DNA of 63,747 bases, the filler included, from Welwitschia mirabilis (lineage: Eukaryota): assembly GCA_051453625.1 (NCBI GenBank). It is 7 parts of one record of this genome, joined end to end, with 100 filler letters (N's around TTAATTAATTAA, not from the genome) between each part and the next. Parts side by side here need not be neighbours in the genome. Positions count along the whole stretch, not along the records: positions 60,801 to 63,747 come from JBOZIK010000001.1; 6 more parts are not named here. The stretch is one strand, 5' to 3'. The notes under the pieces are model-generated. The model was not told the DNA's origin and did no database searches. It saw only the letters and a list, made by a program, of their open reading frames with translations. The position numbers and the translations under genes were made by a program. This document shows positions 63,716-63,747 of this stretch, in pieces (positions within the stretch are counted from its first letter, which is position 1; every line of letters starts with the position of its first letter).

Positions 63716-63747
63716 TGTTGCGATGCCAACTTAAGTGTATTTGATAG
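63716..63747 (+). repeat. Start of another copy A-family LTR, cut by the window end
   Basis: TGTTGCGATGCCAA is identical to the LTR start at 61606 (minus). Confidence 0.7.

Overview
AT-rich, heavily gapped land-plant nuclear scaffold. It holds one intact cellular gene, a secreted extensin/proline-rich cell-wall protein (29829-31346, minus strand). The gene has a TATA box, a predicted intron starting 1 nt after the stop codon, and lies in a CpG-retaining island of about 4.3 kb. Almost everything else is decayed transposon sequence: Athila/Tat-like Ty3-gypsy copies, at least four Sirevirus-type Ty1-copia copies, a Tekay-like solo LTR and an RTE/RTEX-like LINE. Matching 5-bp target-site duplications resolve a four-level nest at 37.2-55.1 kb and a Sirevirus inserted into the LINE at 21.7-25.0 kb. 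A ~375-bp tandem array with an apparent 4-monomer (~1.49 kb) higher-order period sits just downstream of the gene. A ~160-nt segment closed by an inverted repeat is conserved in the 3' regions of three gypsy copies and is a candidate structured cis-RNA. I cannot support a complete novel multi-gene system here; the array and the conserved RNA-like segment are the best leads. Many apparent repeats next to N-runs are assembly artefacts. All alignments and translations outside the supplied ORF track were done by eye.
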